From Calcarisporiella thermophila CBS 279.70 (taxonomy: Eukaryota; Fungi; Calcarisporiellomycota): DNA of 64,000 bases. The notes under the pieces are model-generated. The model was not told the origin of the DNA, did not search any database, and saw only the letters and a list, made by a program, of their open reading frames with translations. Positions 23,476-37,332 of the stretch are shown here, one piece after another. Location: contig NW_027192191.1 in the NCBI RefSeq assembly GCF_041956535.1, positions 1,065,443 through 1,129,442 on the forward strand, given 5' to 3'. A program made the position numbers and the translations under genes. Every line of letters begins with the position of its first letter. Position 1 is the stretch's first letter.

Positions 23476-26400
23476 ATGGATGCCAAAAAACAAGGTAATG
23501 AAATGCATTTGGCAAGCCATTTTAGCCAATGGGGCTTCTAATCCATGTATTTTCTTTATAGATTATGCAGCAATACACGGGCATGAGCCGATGGCAGTCA
23601 ATGGCGAAAATTCGGCAAGTAGCTCGAAAAGTACAAGTCAGAATCCTTTTAAGCCACAAACATCCCAAGTGGATACTTCCCCACGTGCTGCGGTCAGTAC
23701 TGGAGCAAAGGGTGCTGCACCGCAGAGAATACCCACTCGTAACTGGAACATTGTGCGAGATTATGTCTTAAGAGGGGAGACAAGCTCACCCGAGGTTGGA
23801 GAGTCGAATCGAAATGTGAAACCGACGGGAAGTATTGGAGATGGGCGGCGACCGGGTGGCTCGCAGGCAGAGGGGACATTTACAGCGATGCGTGGGGTTT
23901 TAAGATTTAAGACGACCGTACAACAGCGTAGCGACATGCACAGAATGGAGAAAGAATTGCAGAGAGTGCTGACTTCACATGGAAGTGTGGGAGCTGGCCA
24001 GACCGGGTTCACCAAGCGCCTCTCTTTTGGAAAGCAAAGCGAGAGCAACGTTGAAGAAGCGGTTCCAGTGCACCCCATCCTTGGCGAGCTGTTTGAAGTG
24101 CTTCGTAGATGGACAAATGCAGTTCAAATGCCGATGATGCAGGAAGTCCTTTCAGAGCTATCCAAACCTTTTCTTTCTTATCCTGTCAACGGTAATTCGT
24201 GATTGCTTACACTAGGGCAAGCCCGTTCGTTTTGATCAAGCTATTTCTCATCATAGTTGACGACTGCATGCTGGCTCTGGATATCTTTGATTTCATTCGC
24301 GAGAACTTTGTACCTGCCTCCGATAATGTGAGTACTTAATTGAAGGCCTCTTTAAGAAAATAGTCATGGTTGACTTTGCGTAACTTTTTCAACGCAGGAA
24401 AATATGACTCAAATCCTTTGGTGCTGCCGACTTTTGGAGACTAAGCATGTTAAAACAAAGGTACGCGTTTCTCAATCGGTTTTTGCTCGCTATTTGATTT
24501 AATGTTTTATTGTATTCTCTCCCCAAATTAGATACGTGTTTTGACAACGGTAAAGCTGTTGCTGGCCCCCACCTCCAAACATCGAACACCCCCTCAAACT
24601 ATTGCCGTAGTGCATTCACTGACGTACACCTTCGTCCACACGCTTGCCTCACTTAACGCCTCCTTAAGCGAAAAGAGCCACAACGAGGAGCTTGCCCACA
24701 TCCAATCCAACCTACATAGCTTCCTTGCTCAGCTTGCGGACGGGTCTCTCATTCACGTGCCACCAGAGTCATACACACAGGTAGAGAGTGGAGCAACCAC
24801 AGAGGAAATCACACAATGCATTTTCTTGGAAGGCTTGGTGAAGTGCCTTTTGGTACGAGATCTCCGAGTCCGTAAATATTTGGTCCAACATTTATTAAAG
24901 ACCTACTGGGTGGAGCCCAAGAGAACGATCCAAGCGGCGTGGGAACATATCGTGTTCATGTTTGCAGATGCTGGTGCGATTCGAGACATTTCCCCCATAA
25001 TTCACTCGATTGCGGTTTTCTGATATAGATATTTATATTTTTAATCAATTTTTATAGCCACGGAAATCCTCTCGGATTCCACATTCTCAACCATAGATCC
25101 CGATAAAATTCTCGAATCACTTCCTTATCACCTCCTTTTTCACATGCACTCTAGCCTAGCACCCAATCGGATACAGGGGATATCGCGGCACATCATCAGC
25201 GCGCTTTGCGCGGTGTGTGTATCTTCGTTGGCCATCAAGAGCGGCACTATAGATGAGAGGCGCAAGTCCATCTCAATTGGACAACGGTGGAGTGGTTTGG
25301 ACACTACAACGACTTCGTTTGGCTTCTTAGGCGCTGGATCCGAGACGGATGGGATTAAGACACCAGATCCATTGATGCAGTTGGCAAAGGATTATTTGAA
25401 GCAGATGTGGGACTACGGATACCACGAGGAAATAATTGATTTAGTGAGTGAAACGGTGAGTAGATAAATGCGTTTCAGTTCCCGATTCTTTGTGTTAAGA
25501 TGTTTTGGCGACTATTTGCCTGCTTGCTATAGATCGAAGGCGATAATTTCGAGAGGTTCATGCTGATATATCATCCCATTGTGTTTGGGATCAGCGATGA
25601 AATCGGAAGTGCCATTGTCAAGGAAACTTTGCCGAAGCTATTTGACGTATGTGATTATATTATTATGTGATGATTTATTAGTATATGTTTGTGCTGATTC
25701 AGTATTCCCCTGATAGCGCTTGTGTGCCGTCAACCCCAAGCCGACTCGCAGTATTTATTCTCTGCTAAAACTACTCATGTCAAAACATCGCCCCCATTTC
25801 TATAAACCGATACTGGCGTGCGTTGCATCGGACGACATGGAGAAAGTAGTTCAAACTGTCAATCTAATTGTGTGCCTCGAGCGATATATCCCCACCATCA
25901 TGCTCTTTATCCAGGATCCTGAACTGATGAGCGTCATTGCATTGAGCGATGTGGGCACAGGGAATAAAAGAAATGACTCGGGTGAATCGGAGTCAGAAAA
26001 CCAACCAAAGTTTGCGTCTACTACGTTGGGGCAATGCATGATCTTGTTTGAGTTCATCTGGGCCATACGACATCTGAGGTGCCGCCAGATAGAGGTAAAT
26101 ATTCTTTGCTCGTTGGAGTAGATTTATTTGAAAAGCTGTGGGGGAGGGGGGAGGGGGGAGTGAAGAGGATGTGGGGAGGAAATGGACGTATATTAACATG
26201 ACCTAATGGATGCTTTTATAGTCGGATAGTTTATCAGAGACCATCGAATTGACGAAAAAGTTTTTGGTTGAATTTGAGCGTCATGTGTCAATTATTCTGG
26301 CAGCAAAGGAGAAAACGAAGCGGTTGGTGCCAATGCCACTTCGAGTGTTGCTCTGCAACCTCTTCTTTGAGATCCGAATGTTTTGTAAGACGATGCACCG

Positions 26401-29400
26401 GTAAAATTGCAATTCAACTCGCTTTCCCTCCAATTTGAGAGCTCGCAGTAACTTTGTTTATATTTTCTGGATTGACAGCCCAGGATGGCTCTCCCGTGCA
26501 CTTGACTGGGCTACTAGGCTCTCCCCCAAGATCATCATCGACCGAAGCTCGACCAAACCCGACATGACTTCCGCCAAATCCGGTCTATACAGTGAGGATT
26601 CTCCGTTCCAGACCGCCTCTTCGCATCAGATCGAAAAGTGGCTAGATGAGGTGACCATCATGTTCCAAAAAGTGCGTATGGTATCCGCCATCGTGGATGA
26701 AAACGAGGTCAAAGTGTCTGAAAAGGCAAGTGGGGGAGTTGAGTTTCCGGAAAATGCTCTCTCCTTTTACTAACTTCTCTTCAACTGAAGGACGACATTG
26801 TTGACCGTCCCGTCTCGATCATGTCTACCAAGTCCTTCAACTCGCACACCCACGACGGCAGAACTCTCCTGCGACCCTCCACCCCATCCACCTCTCGCAA
26901 TGGCTCCTTCCGTCGCCGCTCTGCATTTACATTTCCTGGAGCGTCGGGCGCAGACACCAGCTCGACCGCCCTTTCTCCCATTTCCACCGACCACGCCGCC
27001 CGCCGCCTGTATCGCGTCAATCAGGTGAACCAAGACCCATACGGCTCTGTCCTCTCTCTTCTCGTCTCGGTATACGCAATGCTTACACCGGAAGATCTCT
27101 CACGACTCGCACCTTATCTCTGGGAAAAGCACCTGCAGGGCTGGTGCCCAAAATCGTTCCACCCTGCCACGTTTCTCATCATGCAGTGCGGTGAAAAGAT
27201 CCCGCATCAGATCGTGGCCATGATCTCCCAGGACCTCTACGATTCAAACCCGGTGACGCGTGCCGATTGTGTTCGCAAGCTCTCCGCGATATTCGGCTAC
27301 CGGTTTGACTTACTGACCCAGGTGTATCTGCCCGATCCCTCACGCCGCCGTCCCTTCCGAGGCCATGTACTCAACGTGCCATTTGTGTCGACCGATCTGG
27401 GCTCGACCAAGCTCTCCCTCGACGAGCCGATATGGATGTCCAAGCTTCGACACGCCAGCAACTTCCCCATCGAAATGCGGAAGAAGATCGAAGAGTTGGG
27501 GTGGGAAGAGGAGGATGTGGAGGAGCGGGAGAGGCTGAAACGTCTGCACACCCCCGTGTCGCTCATGCCGACCGCATCCCTGGACGATGAGGAGGAGCCA
27601 TCTGGAGGCAACGGAATGGACCAGTCCTCTTCCGGCGCCGGTCTCGACCAAAGTAGCCGATCGGTGACCTCGACGCGGCAAACGAAGAAGCGCGGGGTGC
27701 TCGTGCCAGCGTTCAGCTTCACCTCGCTCAGCCTAGTCGACCTCCTCAACGAGCCCCACGGAGGCGTGCACAACCAGGTCCACGAGCTCATCCTCTACTT
27801 TTTGCGCGACGACCCGCTCATCTTTCTACGCTCCTTCTTCAGCGAGCTTGGTAAGGCAGGGCCCGATCGTCAGCGTGAGCTCCTGACTCGGCTGAGCTAT
27901 TTACTCTCGATGCAAAATCGATTTCCTCCTGGATTTGTGTTCCACCTCTTCAACCATCTCACCGGGCTGCTCAAGTGGCATTCTCGCGAGAATAAGGAGG
28001 GTGGCCTCGAGTTGATGACCCTGGTGCACCCTCTTCTCGCCGCCCTCATCGCCTCTACGAACGACTTGTCGATCCGTGACCTGCGGAAAAACAAGGTGGA
28101 GGTGTTCCTCGGATGCACGGGCCAATTCTGGTTCAACGAAGGCACTCCGGCCAGCATGTTCCCCCGCGGGCTCACAAGCTCCGCCAAGGGATTCGAGGTG
28201 CTCGATCTACCGCTCCAGCTGTTCCTCGTGACTATGCTCCGCATTAGCCATGTGCACCTCATGACAAACTATCTCATCCGCTATCCACGAGAAGTCTTTT
28301 CCGTTAAAAAGACCTTCCACCCCTACGTGCCCATGTCACTCACTGGCGCCGAGGGGGAACAGGGCGGGATGGAGGATGAGGAGTTTTTCTTCCCGAGCCT
28401 TGATTTCCTTGTGCGCAGCGGCAGCCACCGAACCCCCTCCAAGCGCGAGCACGATGCCAAGATGATCTCGGCCCTCCGTGCGCGAAACTGGATCCGGTTT
28501 GTGCACACCATGCTGCAGCGGCTGAATCGCAACTATAATGACCGTAAAGAGCTCCAAATTATCATCAACGGAGTCAACTACATACTGCAAGAGCACCACC
28601 ACGACTATGGAATTGTCGGCCAGGCGGTGGTGGTCTATATCCACGCCGCAGATCATTTCCGACGCCTCTTCAATAACAACCGGGGCTACTCCATCTTCCT
28701 CCCTTCCCTATTTCGCGTATTTTGCGAGGCAGAACATATCACCGCTATCCGCACGGCCATCATTTTTGCGTGGAGTCGATTTTTCTCTCTTCATGCGGAG
28801 TCGTTCGTCTTTCAGGCCCTGGGGTGTCTCGTCCCTTTGATTCTCAAAGCATACGACAAGTCCGATGACCTGGGCAAGTGGATGACGCAGAGTTTGCATA
28901 CGCTGTTGAAATCGCTGGGGAGCTCTTCCCACATGTTCTCCTCGGCGGATTTGCTTGGGGTGGCCTTGGAAATGGAGATGGATGAGAAGCAGGCTCGGGT
29001 GAATGACACGGAGGACGGCATCCCCAACTTCCCCAACCCAAACAACACGCTGTCCCGCAAATACTCGCAGCTGAGCAACGGAAACTCATCGCTTCCAGTC
29101 ACTCTACCGGTGGATCGAGTCTTCTCCCTCGAGGACTCGTTCAAGCTCTTTTTGACGGTGATCGCGTACGATCCCGGCTCCCTTCGCGCCGAGCAGATGG
29201 TGAGGATGTTGGGCCACATGGTTCAATTTTTAATGGAGGAGTCGCAGGGCATGGTTCAGCTAGTGAGCGAAGGGATTTCCGCCTTATTGGGAGCGTTTGT
29301 CCGGTTTGCAAAGAGCAGCCGCCCGTTCCTAGGGGCTTCTGGGGGATTGGGGGCGGGGACCGAAGAGGAGGCCTCCAATGAAGCCGACGCATTGGGCGGA

Positions 29401-31365
29401 AATCGCCGCGCAGAGCAAGCCCAGAATGCCTATGGGAAACAGTGGCTTCAGAACGATCGGTTGAACATAAAAAAGGAGTTTGTTCAATTGATACGGTTGT
29501 TCTTGAAAGCCGGCGGAGCCCTTTCGGACGCAGACCATGAGCGCGTTGCAAACCTTATCCGCTTTATCATTCGGGATTATGTGAACGCCAAAATCAATTG
29601 CAACACGAAGTGGATCCAGGCCTATATAGCGGATGGGCTTCGCCACATTGGCGACACGGAGCAGATGAAGAGCGCCCTGCTCCACCTGTTGACCGCGCTT
29701 CATCCGCCCTACAAACAGAACATGCGCACCATCGACTTCTCCGATATGGTTGGGGGAATAGCGGCCATCTTACGGCACTCAAACGGCATGCTTGCGGGGC
29801 TCCCGGATATAGCAAGCGTGGTGCGCGAGAAGTTTGTGTCTGCTGGGCTGGCGAATGTCGTGCGCTATACTGATTGGGAGGGTGAAGCGAGCACGCGCCA
29901 GATCCTTTTGTGCGAGAATCTCTCCATCCTGATGGCAACGCTGATGACGTTTTCAAATGAGGATGTTTTGCGGGAGATCGAGAAGCTCGTTCCATCTCCC
30001 TTCCTTCTGGCCCATGTGGTTATCGGGGTTTGTGTCCATTTTCGTCCGGACGAGAGCGTGGTCGCCTCCATCTCGAGTAATGCGCTGACGACTGGGGTTT
30101 CGCAGCGCGTGACAAGCCAATGGATGCGACTGCTCACCTACACAGTACGAGCGTGTACTCGTGAGTCCATTCTCAAAGCTAAGCCGGTTGGATTTTCTCT
30201 CTCCTCCCTTGGCTCAGCCTCTCCCACAGCGGCAAACGAGTCCGATGATCAACGTCCTCTCTCCACCAATCTCTCCAGTAACGCTGCCGCCTCGGCCACG
30301 GCAACCGCAACCCTCATGATAGTGTTCAACGCCTTGAAATTGATTCTTGTGCTTGCGGAGAAGCACCTCCGCTCTGTCCCGGACATCTGGGTTCGCGTTG
30401 CCCTCTTTACTCAGCGACTCCTTGGACAGCCTTCGGGAATGGGGCTCAAGATCTCCTTCAGTGGTCAGCACACTCCGCTCCAGGAGGGAGGCTTCGGGAT
30501 GGAATTCTTTGGAGGCACTTCACCTGCCATCAGCCCACTCGCTAATCCGGGGCTTTCGCCCGGCGCCGCTTCCAACCCCTTCACACTGCGAATCACTCCG
30601 ACTGCCGTTGACTTCGTGCTCTGGTCCTTCCTGGAGCTGGTCACCCTCTACAAGACACCGCTGTTCATCTACATGCGCACCTTTATCCACGAGAAACTTC
30701 ATGAGGTACCCGCAGGGATAACAAGCAGCATGCTGAGCCCCATGGGATCGCCAAGTAGTGCCGCATCCCCTGTCCTGTTGGGCTCCTCTGCTGCACAGCG
30801 GGCTCGGTCGCAAGAAAATTCCAGGCGGTCGCGCTGGAGAAGTTGGGGCGGATCAACTGTGCTGGATCGGTCGCCATCGATATCCGATCGGTCAGGACTC
30901 GACGTCCAACAGGACTCCGGGAATGGTAAACCGTATGGGACATCCCCCACGGTGGTAGGTCTAGGGATTCAGTCTTCTCCCTCGATTCCCCAGGAGGAGA
31001 GCAGTGGGAGCTTCCTGCACCCGCACTCCAACACGTCCGACGTCGAATCGCGGCACAGCAGCCACATCGGTGGTCGCTCTTTCTCTTCCTCGCGCTCTCC
31101 TTATGCTAGCATGCGATTATCGCGGTCGCCTTTGTCAAGTAGGTCGATGCCAGGGACAAATATTCTTGAAGAGATTCTTCGCGCCATGTCGAGTGTCCGC
31201 GCGAGTATGGGATACGATACGCCGTCGCTCTCGAATTCTCGAGTTCAATACTGGTCTCGCTCGCTTGCTGTTCAGCAGCTGATGTATGAGAGGTCACTAA
31301 TCCTTCAGACCTATTTCTCCGAGTTCTATATGCCGGGATTTCGGGATGTGGCGGGAAACACATAA
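23476..31365 (+). CDS. UNC-80-like large helical scaffold protein
   Basis: Many 5' exons plus a 26791-31365 terminal exon. Blocks RRRPF..VPFVSTDLG, LSIRDLRKNK, HFRRLF...GYSIFLPSLFRVF...FFSLHAESFVFQ and FKLFLTVIAYDPGSLRAEQM resemble animal UNC80 as I recall it. Confidence 0.75.
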
Positions 31366-31740
31366 GGTGCCCTCTTGTTGCTTTTTTTTATATCATTTTT
31401 CTTGTTCAATTGTCGTTACTTGATCATTTCGTTTATTTTATGTAACATTTAATTTTTATAATTATTTTCGCCCTCGATAATCATATTGTTCCATTAGACT
31501 TTATTTTGATAATTTATTGAATATTTATCCTCTCCTTGAAGATAGCGTGGCATGTCATTTCAATGCTCAAAAACGGAACAAAAATCTAATTGATTTTTAT
31601 GAGTAAAAGGAGGGAAAGAGGGAGATAAAAAATATGAGAGCAGTGTTGGAGAGGCAGATTTATTCTGCGAGAGTACACCATACAATTTTGATGCAACGAG
31701 AAATAAAAACAATCTAAAATAGAAATATATCCAAACAAGA

Positions 31741-34132
31741 TTACGCGCCCAACCCTCTGCGATCATTTTTTATGACTGCCTCTACCGGATCAGTAATCCC
31801 CCCTGTAATACCAAGAGTCTGACCAGGCGACCAGCTATTCAAGAGGAAAAGAAAGTGAGCATAAAACGCACTTGAAAAATTTTCAGAAGCTCTACTCACC
31901 CCATCTTTGATAACAGCCGATGTCCTACATTGTGCTCCGCGATGGGACCCGCTTCTTCTCCCACTTTCCGAGACTGGCGTGGCTTTGGTGTCTTTGGTGT
32001 TTTTGGTGACTTCAGCTCTTTGAATTTGGACTTCAACGACTTGGGCCGTTTGGATTTAACGGGAGTTGAAGCCTGGGCCTCCCGCAACGTCTCGATTAGC
32101 ACTTCATCGCCAAGTGCCTTCTTGAGTCGACGGACCTCTTTGACATATCGGTCAATCTGGCGCGGATCACTGGGGATTGAGGTACGCTGAGTCTTGACTA
32201 GAAGCAGTATTCTATCGGCCAAAAAATAAATTCATTAGCATTACTCACATAAAACCGAGACCTAAAGAGAGGTTTACGCGTTGCCCTTGCCAGCCTTCTT
32301 TGATTTGAGGCCATATTTCCTTGCAAGAAGTTTTACGATGCGTCGATCTAATTTATCCATTGGTTCCGTCGGTAGTTCTTGGAGGAAATGGTCCTCAAGA
32401 ATGAATTTCCGAATTCTCCTACCAAATTGAGATGACATAGTGATCGGGCTAATTAGTGCCATTGAAAGAGCAACATCAAAACTCCCCACTCCTTCCGATA
32501 TAGCCCATACTTATTCATAATGCTGATATCGAGCAAATCTGCCTTGCGATTTTTTGCCTTCTTTTGGCTCTTTGGTTTTTTGTGTGCACTGCGCTCAAAA
32601 ATCTGTCGTAAAACAAGAATGTCCATGTCCACTGGAATATTCTTTGTAGACTCTCGTTCCCATACTCCTTCCACACCCGAATAAGAGCCTAATGAATGGA
32701 GTTAGTTTAAAATTTGGTTATTAATAAAGTATCACTCTACCTTTCCCTCTTGGAAAATTGATTGGAGAGCCGAAAGAGCCGGTGAGTATCGAGCGGAATT
32801 TGCGTTCTTCAGCCATATAATCGGGGGCTTTCCCTTTCGATTTCCCTGAAGTCCTTGCAGACTTAGATAGTGTCGAGATGCTTTCCAGGTATTCCTCGTC
32901 ATCATAATCGCTATACGCGACACTTGGTAAATCCATCTCTCCTTCATTATCAGACATCGACTCCGCTCCCTGGGTTTCCTCTATCTCTTCGCTCTCCACT
33001 ACTTCTTCACTTTCCTCCCCATACTCACTCTCTTCTCCATCCTCATATCGAGAATCTTGCTCGCTATCGGAATTTATTAGCTGATGATCAAGAGCATTTT
33101 CCACGCTTAGACGATATAAATCCCCTTCAAAGGTGGCATCAGTTGTGTCTAAAATGGATGTTGAAGGAATGATAGTCGATTTCTCTGTTCTCTCTTCTTC
33201 ATCGTCTGAAAATATCTTGTAATTTTTTTCTGAGATCGAGAGGGCAGCCATTGAGAGTGTTGTCAAATCAATTCCTTGGCTCATTAAGTTCTAAAAAAAT
33301 TGAAGAAAAATTCATGAAAAATCCTCATATGTAATACAGAAAGCAAAGAGACCACTTACACTGGAATAATCATCTAGTGCCTCATCATCGCTTACTTCGC
33401 TCTCTTGGCTCGTCCATGTATCAATATCACTCTGCGATAATGCCCTTGACGATTTCTTAGATTTCGAAGTGCTTGGCTGCGGGTCTATATTCAAGGAAAC
33501 CCAGATAGGTTTAGCATAATATGACGTAAAAATTAAAGCATATTGAAATCACCTTTCAAATGTTCTTCGATAGAAATCATGTTGCCATCTCCATGTGAAT
33601 CAACACTTGTATCTCCTGTCTCGCTATTTTCGCGTTTATCTTTTGACTCATCCAAATCAGAGGACTTCACGAAAGTAACGCCTCGAATAGGCGTGCTTCT
33701 ACCGGGATTCTTTCCTTTCTTCCTGGCACTTTCCAGCTTTTTCTTTGTAGAATCCAGCTGCTGAGGCCTTTTTGCGGATTTTGGGGTCGATGATCTACTC
33801 ACATTCTCATTAGTAAGCTCATCCGAATCATTTGGCGTTTTATCGATCTGCGAATAATCGAATGCAAAGAAATTGTTAGCCGGAGGAGGTGCTGCGACAG
33901 GTACATATCCACTGTTCACAAGTGTGTGATTTCTACGTCCTCGTCCTCTACCGCTAACTCCGCTGGGATGGTGGTCCTCTGCAACTCCTAAAGACGATTC
34001 CCGGTCATAACGTGATCGATGGCTACTTTCTCCCATAGAATTAGCTCCACGCCCTCTACCAGATTTACTGCCTCGCCCCTTCTGGGGGCCACCGCCCCTG
34101 CCACCATTAACCTTCGAATGTTTAAGTACCAT
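31741..34132 (-). CDS. R3H plus C-terminal G-patch protein (Sqs1/Pfa1-like, Prp43 cofactor)
   Basis: RGG-rich N-terminus, acidic middle, PMDKLDRRIVKLLARKYGLKSKKAGKG (R3H-like), IAEHNVGHRLLSKMG|WSPGQTLG...GITDPVEAVIKNDRRGLGA* (G-patch). Confidence 0.85.
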
Positions 34133-34340
34133 AGCGATAAGGGGGTCACTGTTGGAGAGAAGGAATTTTATATACTTTGACAGTCACGAGTATTCTCCAC
34201 CAATAGTGTTAGTGCGCTGAAGTTGGAGATCAAATTACAGGAGCAGGTATGAATTTTAACTATTGTGGAGTTAGAAGATACAAGTTTAAAAATTTAGATA
34301 TTAGATATATGACTTTTAGGCTCTGGTTTTCATTTTGTCA

Positions 34341-37218
34341 TCAATTCCCGACTAATGATCTACTCTTGCGAGAATTGGTGGCGCTTCGTTTGCTCGGATT
34401 TTGTGTTAGCGAGCTAAAATTATGCAATATGGAAATCAATAGATATGATTTCGTGCCATGTATAATAAATCCTACTACCTTGGCAGCTTTCGTTTGCGCC
34501 CCACACTAGTTGGCGTTTTGCTCCGTTCAACCTCATGATTGAATGTATCTCCATCAACCTCCTCAACTTCATCTAAAACGTTTGACTCCTTTTCTTCCTC
34601 TTCACTTTCTGGATCAACTTTCCGCTTCTATTGAAATTATTTTGGTTTGCTTCAGTCAGAACGTTATTATTGTGTAAAAAAATACTAAAATTACCCTTCG
34701 AGGGCGAGGAGGTAAGTCTGCATGAGTTTGAGCTATGGCTCTTTTATTTCTCCCTCCTCTATGGTTTCCTCTTCTTGCAGTTTGGAGTGTTGAATACCTT
34801 GGTGTAGCAGGATTCGAGGAGCTTTGATCAGGCGGCATGGGAGAACGAAGTAGTCTATTCTCTTCGCTCTCATGTTCACTCAAATCTGCTTCGTGACTTG
34901 GGTTTGACTAAAATAATGAAGTTAAAAACCATTAATACTTGATTGCTCGTCGTGAACAGTGAAAAAGCGACCTACCGGTATGCCAGGCCCTGGGTTGATT
35001 TTGGCATAGGCATCAACCATTGCCTGTTTCTGGCGCGCAGCCTAGATAATGAGCATTAAAATACTTCAGCACTGACGAAGCTTATCTCAATTAACAAGTT
35101 CGATCCGTACCTGTTCTTTGATTATGTTTTCATTATCATCCTTTGTGTTCGCCTTCACGCGCTCACGAATACGCTCCAATGACTTATTAACAAATCTATT
35201 AATATATAGTCATAGAGCTAAATCTATGAGGAGCATTGATTGAAAGTAGTTCTTTCTTACCCTTTGATAGCGTCCGAATCATCCTTTAGCACAAAAAGTC
35301 GTAGGGCATCTCCTAGTTCATTTTCAGGCAGGACTTCTAAGCTTTGCGCGTTGAGGAACTCGGAAACTAGGTCAGATACTTTGAATTTATCCATTTCCTC
35401 TGGTTCCACGTCATCCAAATTGATGGGGTCGATTACAACCTTTTTCTTTGCTAAAATGAATAAACGATAGTAAACAAAATATAATCAGGTTTAGAGAAGT
35501 TTATTTCGAAAGTGTTAGAATTGGGATGGCTATACCAGTCTCTTTCGTTACTCTCCGCCGATAGAATAGAATAAGATCTTTTGGATTTGCCACCTCTTCC
35601 ACAAATCTTTGGCCGAATCGATGTGGGTTAAAGGTATTGAAGCCTCCGGTATATTCAACCTTGATTTGTGCTTTTAGTCATTGGGATTAGAAAAATAAAT
35701 CCAGCTAGAGCTTAGTTTACCTTGAGTCTGATAAGAGGCTTCGGAGGCTCAAGTTCTTGGGTATCGAAAGAATCACCCTGCATTTCCTTCCACTCACTTA
35801 TTGCTCTCCTAATGAGTAAACGAACCTATAGACATATTGCCTCGTTAATACCCTCATTTACAAGTTGGAGCACAGGATGCTTACTTTATTAACTAGATAC
35901 TCTTCTACGCTTTGATCGTCATTAGGCTCGAGGCCTTCAACCTCACTCAGTACAACCTCTTCCATCACAAAAGGTCGTACCGTCTTTAATCTAATTTTCT
36001 CGAGCTCATAGTTTTTCCCCTGGATCTTCAGAATAGCAACATGCCTAATTAGGTAAATGCAAGATTAGATTTAAAAGTCTTTTAATATGGATCTTGGATA
36101 TAGAGGAGATATTTCTACTTTTCTTTCGCCTCTCCCTCGGCCAAACTTGTTGCTACCGATGACCCAGGTTGAGTAACATGGAATTCCATCCGAGCATTGA
36201 ACTGTGGATCGATCAAGCACTCATGTTCATGTCCCCATATTACCAGATGCAGAAAGTCAGAAAGGAATTCTTCAGGTATGAAATTCGTAGGACCATGTTT
36301 CGCGCTAGGATAAAAGAAAGAAGATGGTATCATATACAATATGCTATGAATATGTCCATCAAGCATTTAAGTACCGATTTTGGTGCAAAACCATTATATT
36401 GAACCAATCGTCTGTTCTTTCGCTTGGTCGTAACATTTTCACTTGTTTTTTTAAATACATTCGATGCAACCGCTCATCGCGTATGTTTCCAAGCCCATAA
36501 ATGGCTAACTTGGTGTTGTTTTTCTGCAAGAGTACAGGACTAACCACCACTTTCTCGAGATCCGTCGATTTGCCGAAGTAGTTGACAAGCCCAGATACAG
36601 CAAGGAGATCTAATGCGCTGTAGCTTCCGTCCTATCGAGTTAAAATGGGGCTCTAATTAAAGATAGATTCTATATCAATGGTCGTGTCTAGAGAGCTCAC
36701 CCCAGTTGGATCGTCATGGTTTCCATGAATAGAGAAAACGGGCATGGATACATTAATATTAGGATCTTCATAATTAACTCTTGAAAAGCTGTATATAATC
36801 AACAGATTAAGCACAAGAAGCAAATAAAAACTCGCATGTGGTTTATAACTCTTGCCTGTCAGGAAAGTTTACAGATTGATCACTTAGGATCTCAAATTCG
36901 ACAGGTTTGTTGCCAAAACAATACTGTCGCAAAAGTTTCATTGTCTGGTAAAGTGTTCGCCGAGTTGGTCGGTTATCATGGAAGAGATCGCCGCCGAGCA
37001 GAATCAGATCCACCTTATAAAATAAAGTGCATTAATAAAAAGTAACGCGAGATAAATTTATCGCTGATTTCTACCTCTCTTTCTTTGCCGATTTGCAGAA
37101 TCTCTTCAAAACTTGTGAAGGAATCCTGACCGCGAATTGGATCCTTTTCTAGATAGCCAACATGATTGTCCGTTGCGACAAGAATTGTAAAGGCATCATC
37201 GTCTTGACTACCGCCCAT
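34341..37218 (-). CDS. MRE11: Double-strand break repair nuclease MRE11
   Basis: [66 protein letters not shown]; many introns. Confidence 0.96.
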
Positions 37219-37332
37219 AATTAGGAGAGATATGCTAGAAATAACCACATAGTTTAATGCACCATTTAAGATTACTATTGAGCTGCGCCTCGGTGGCAAA
37301 TAGTTTATTAACCAGCTTTCAGAATAAAATAA

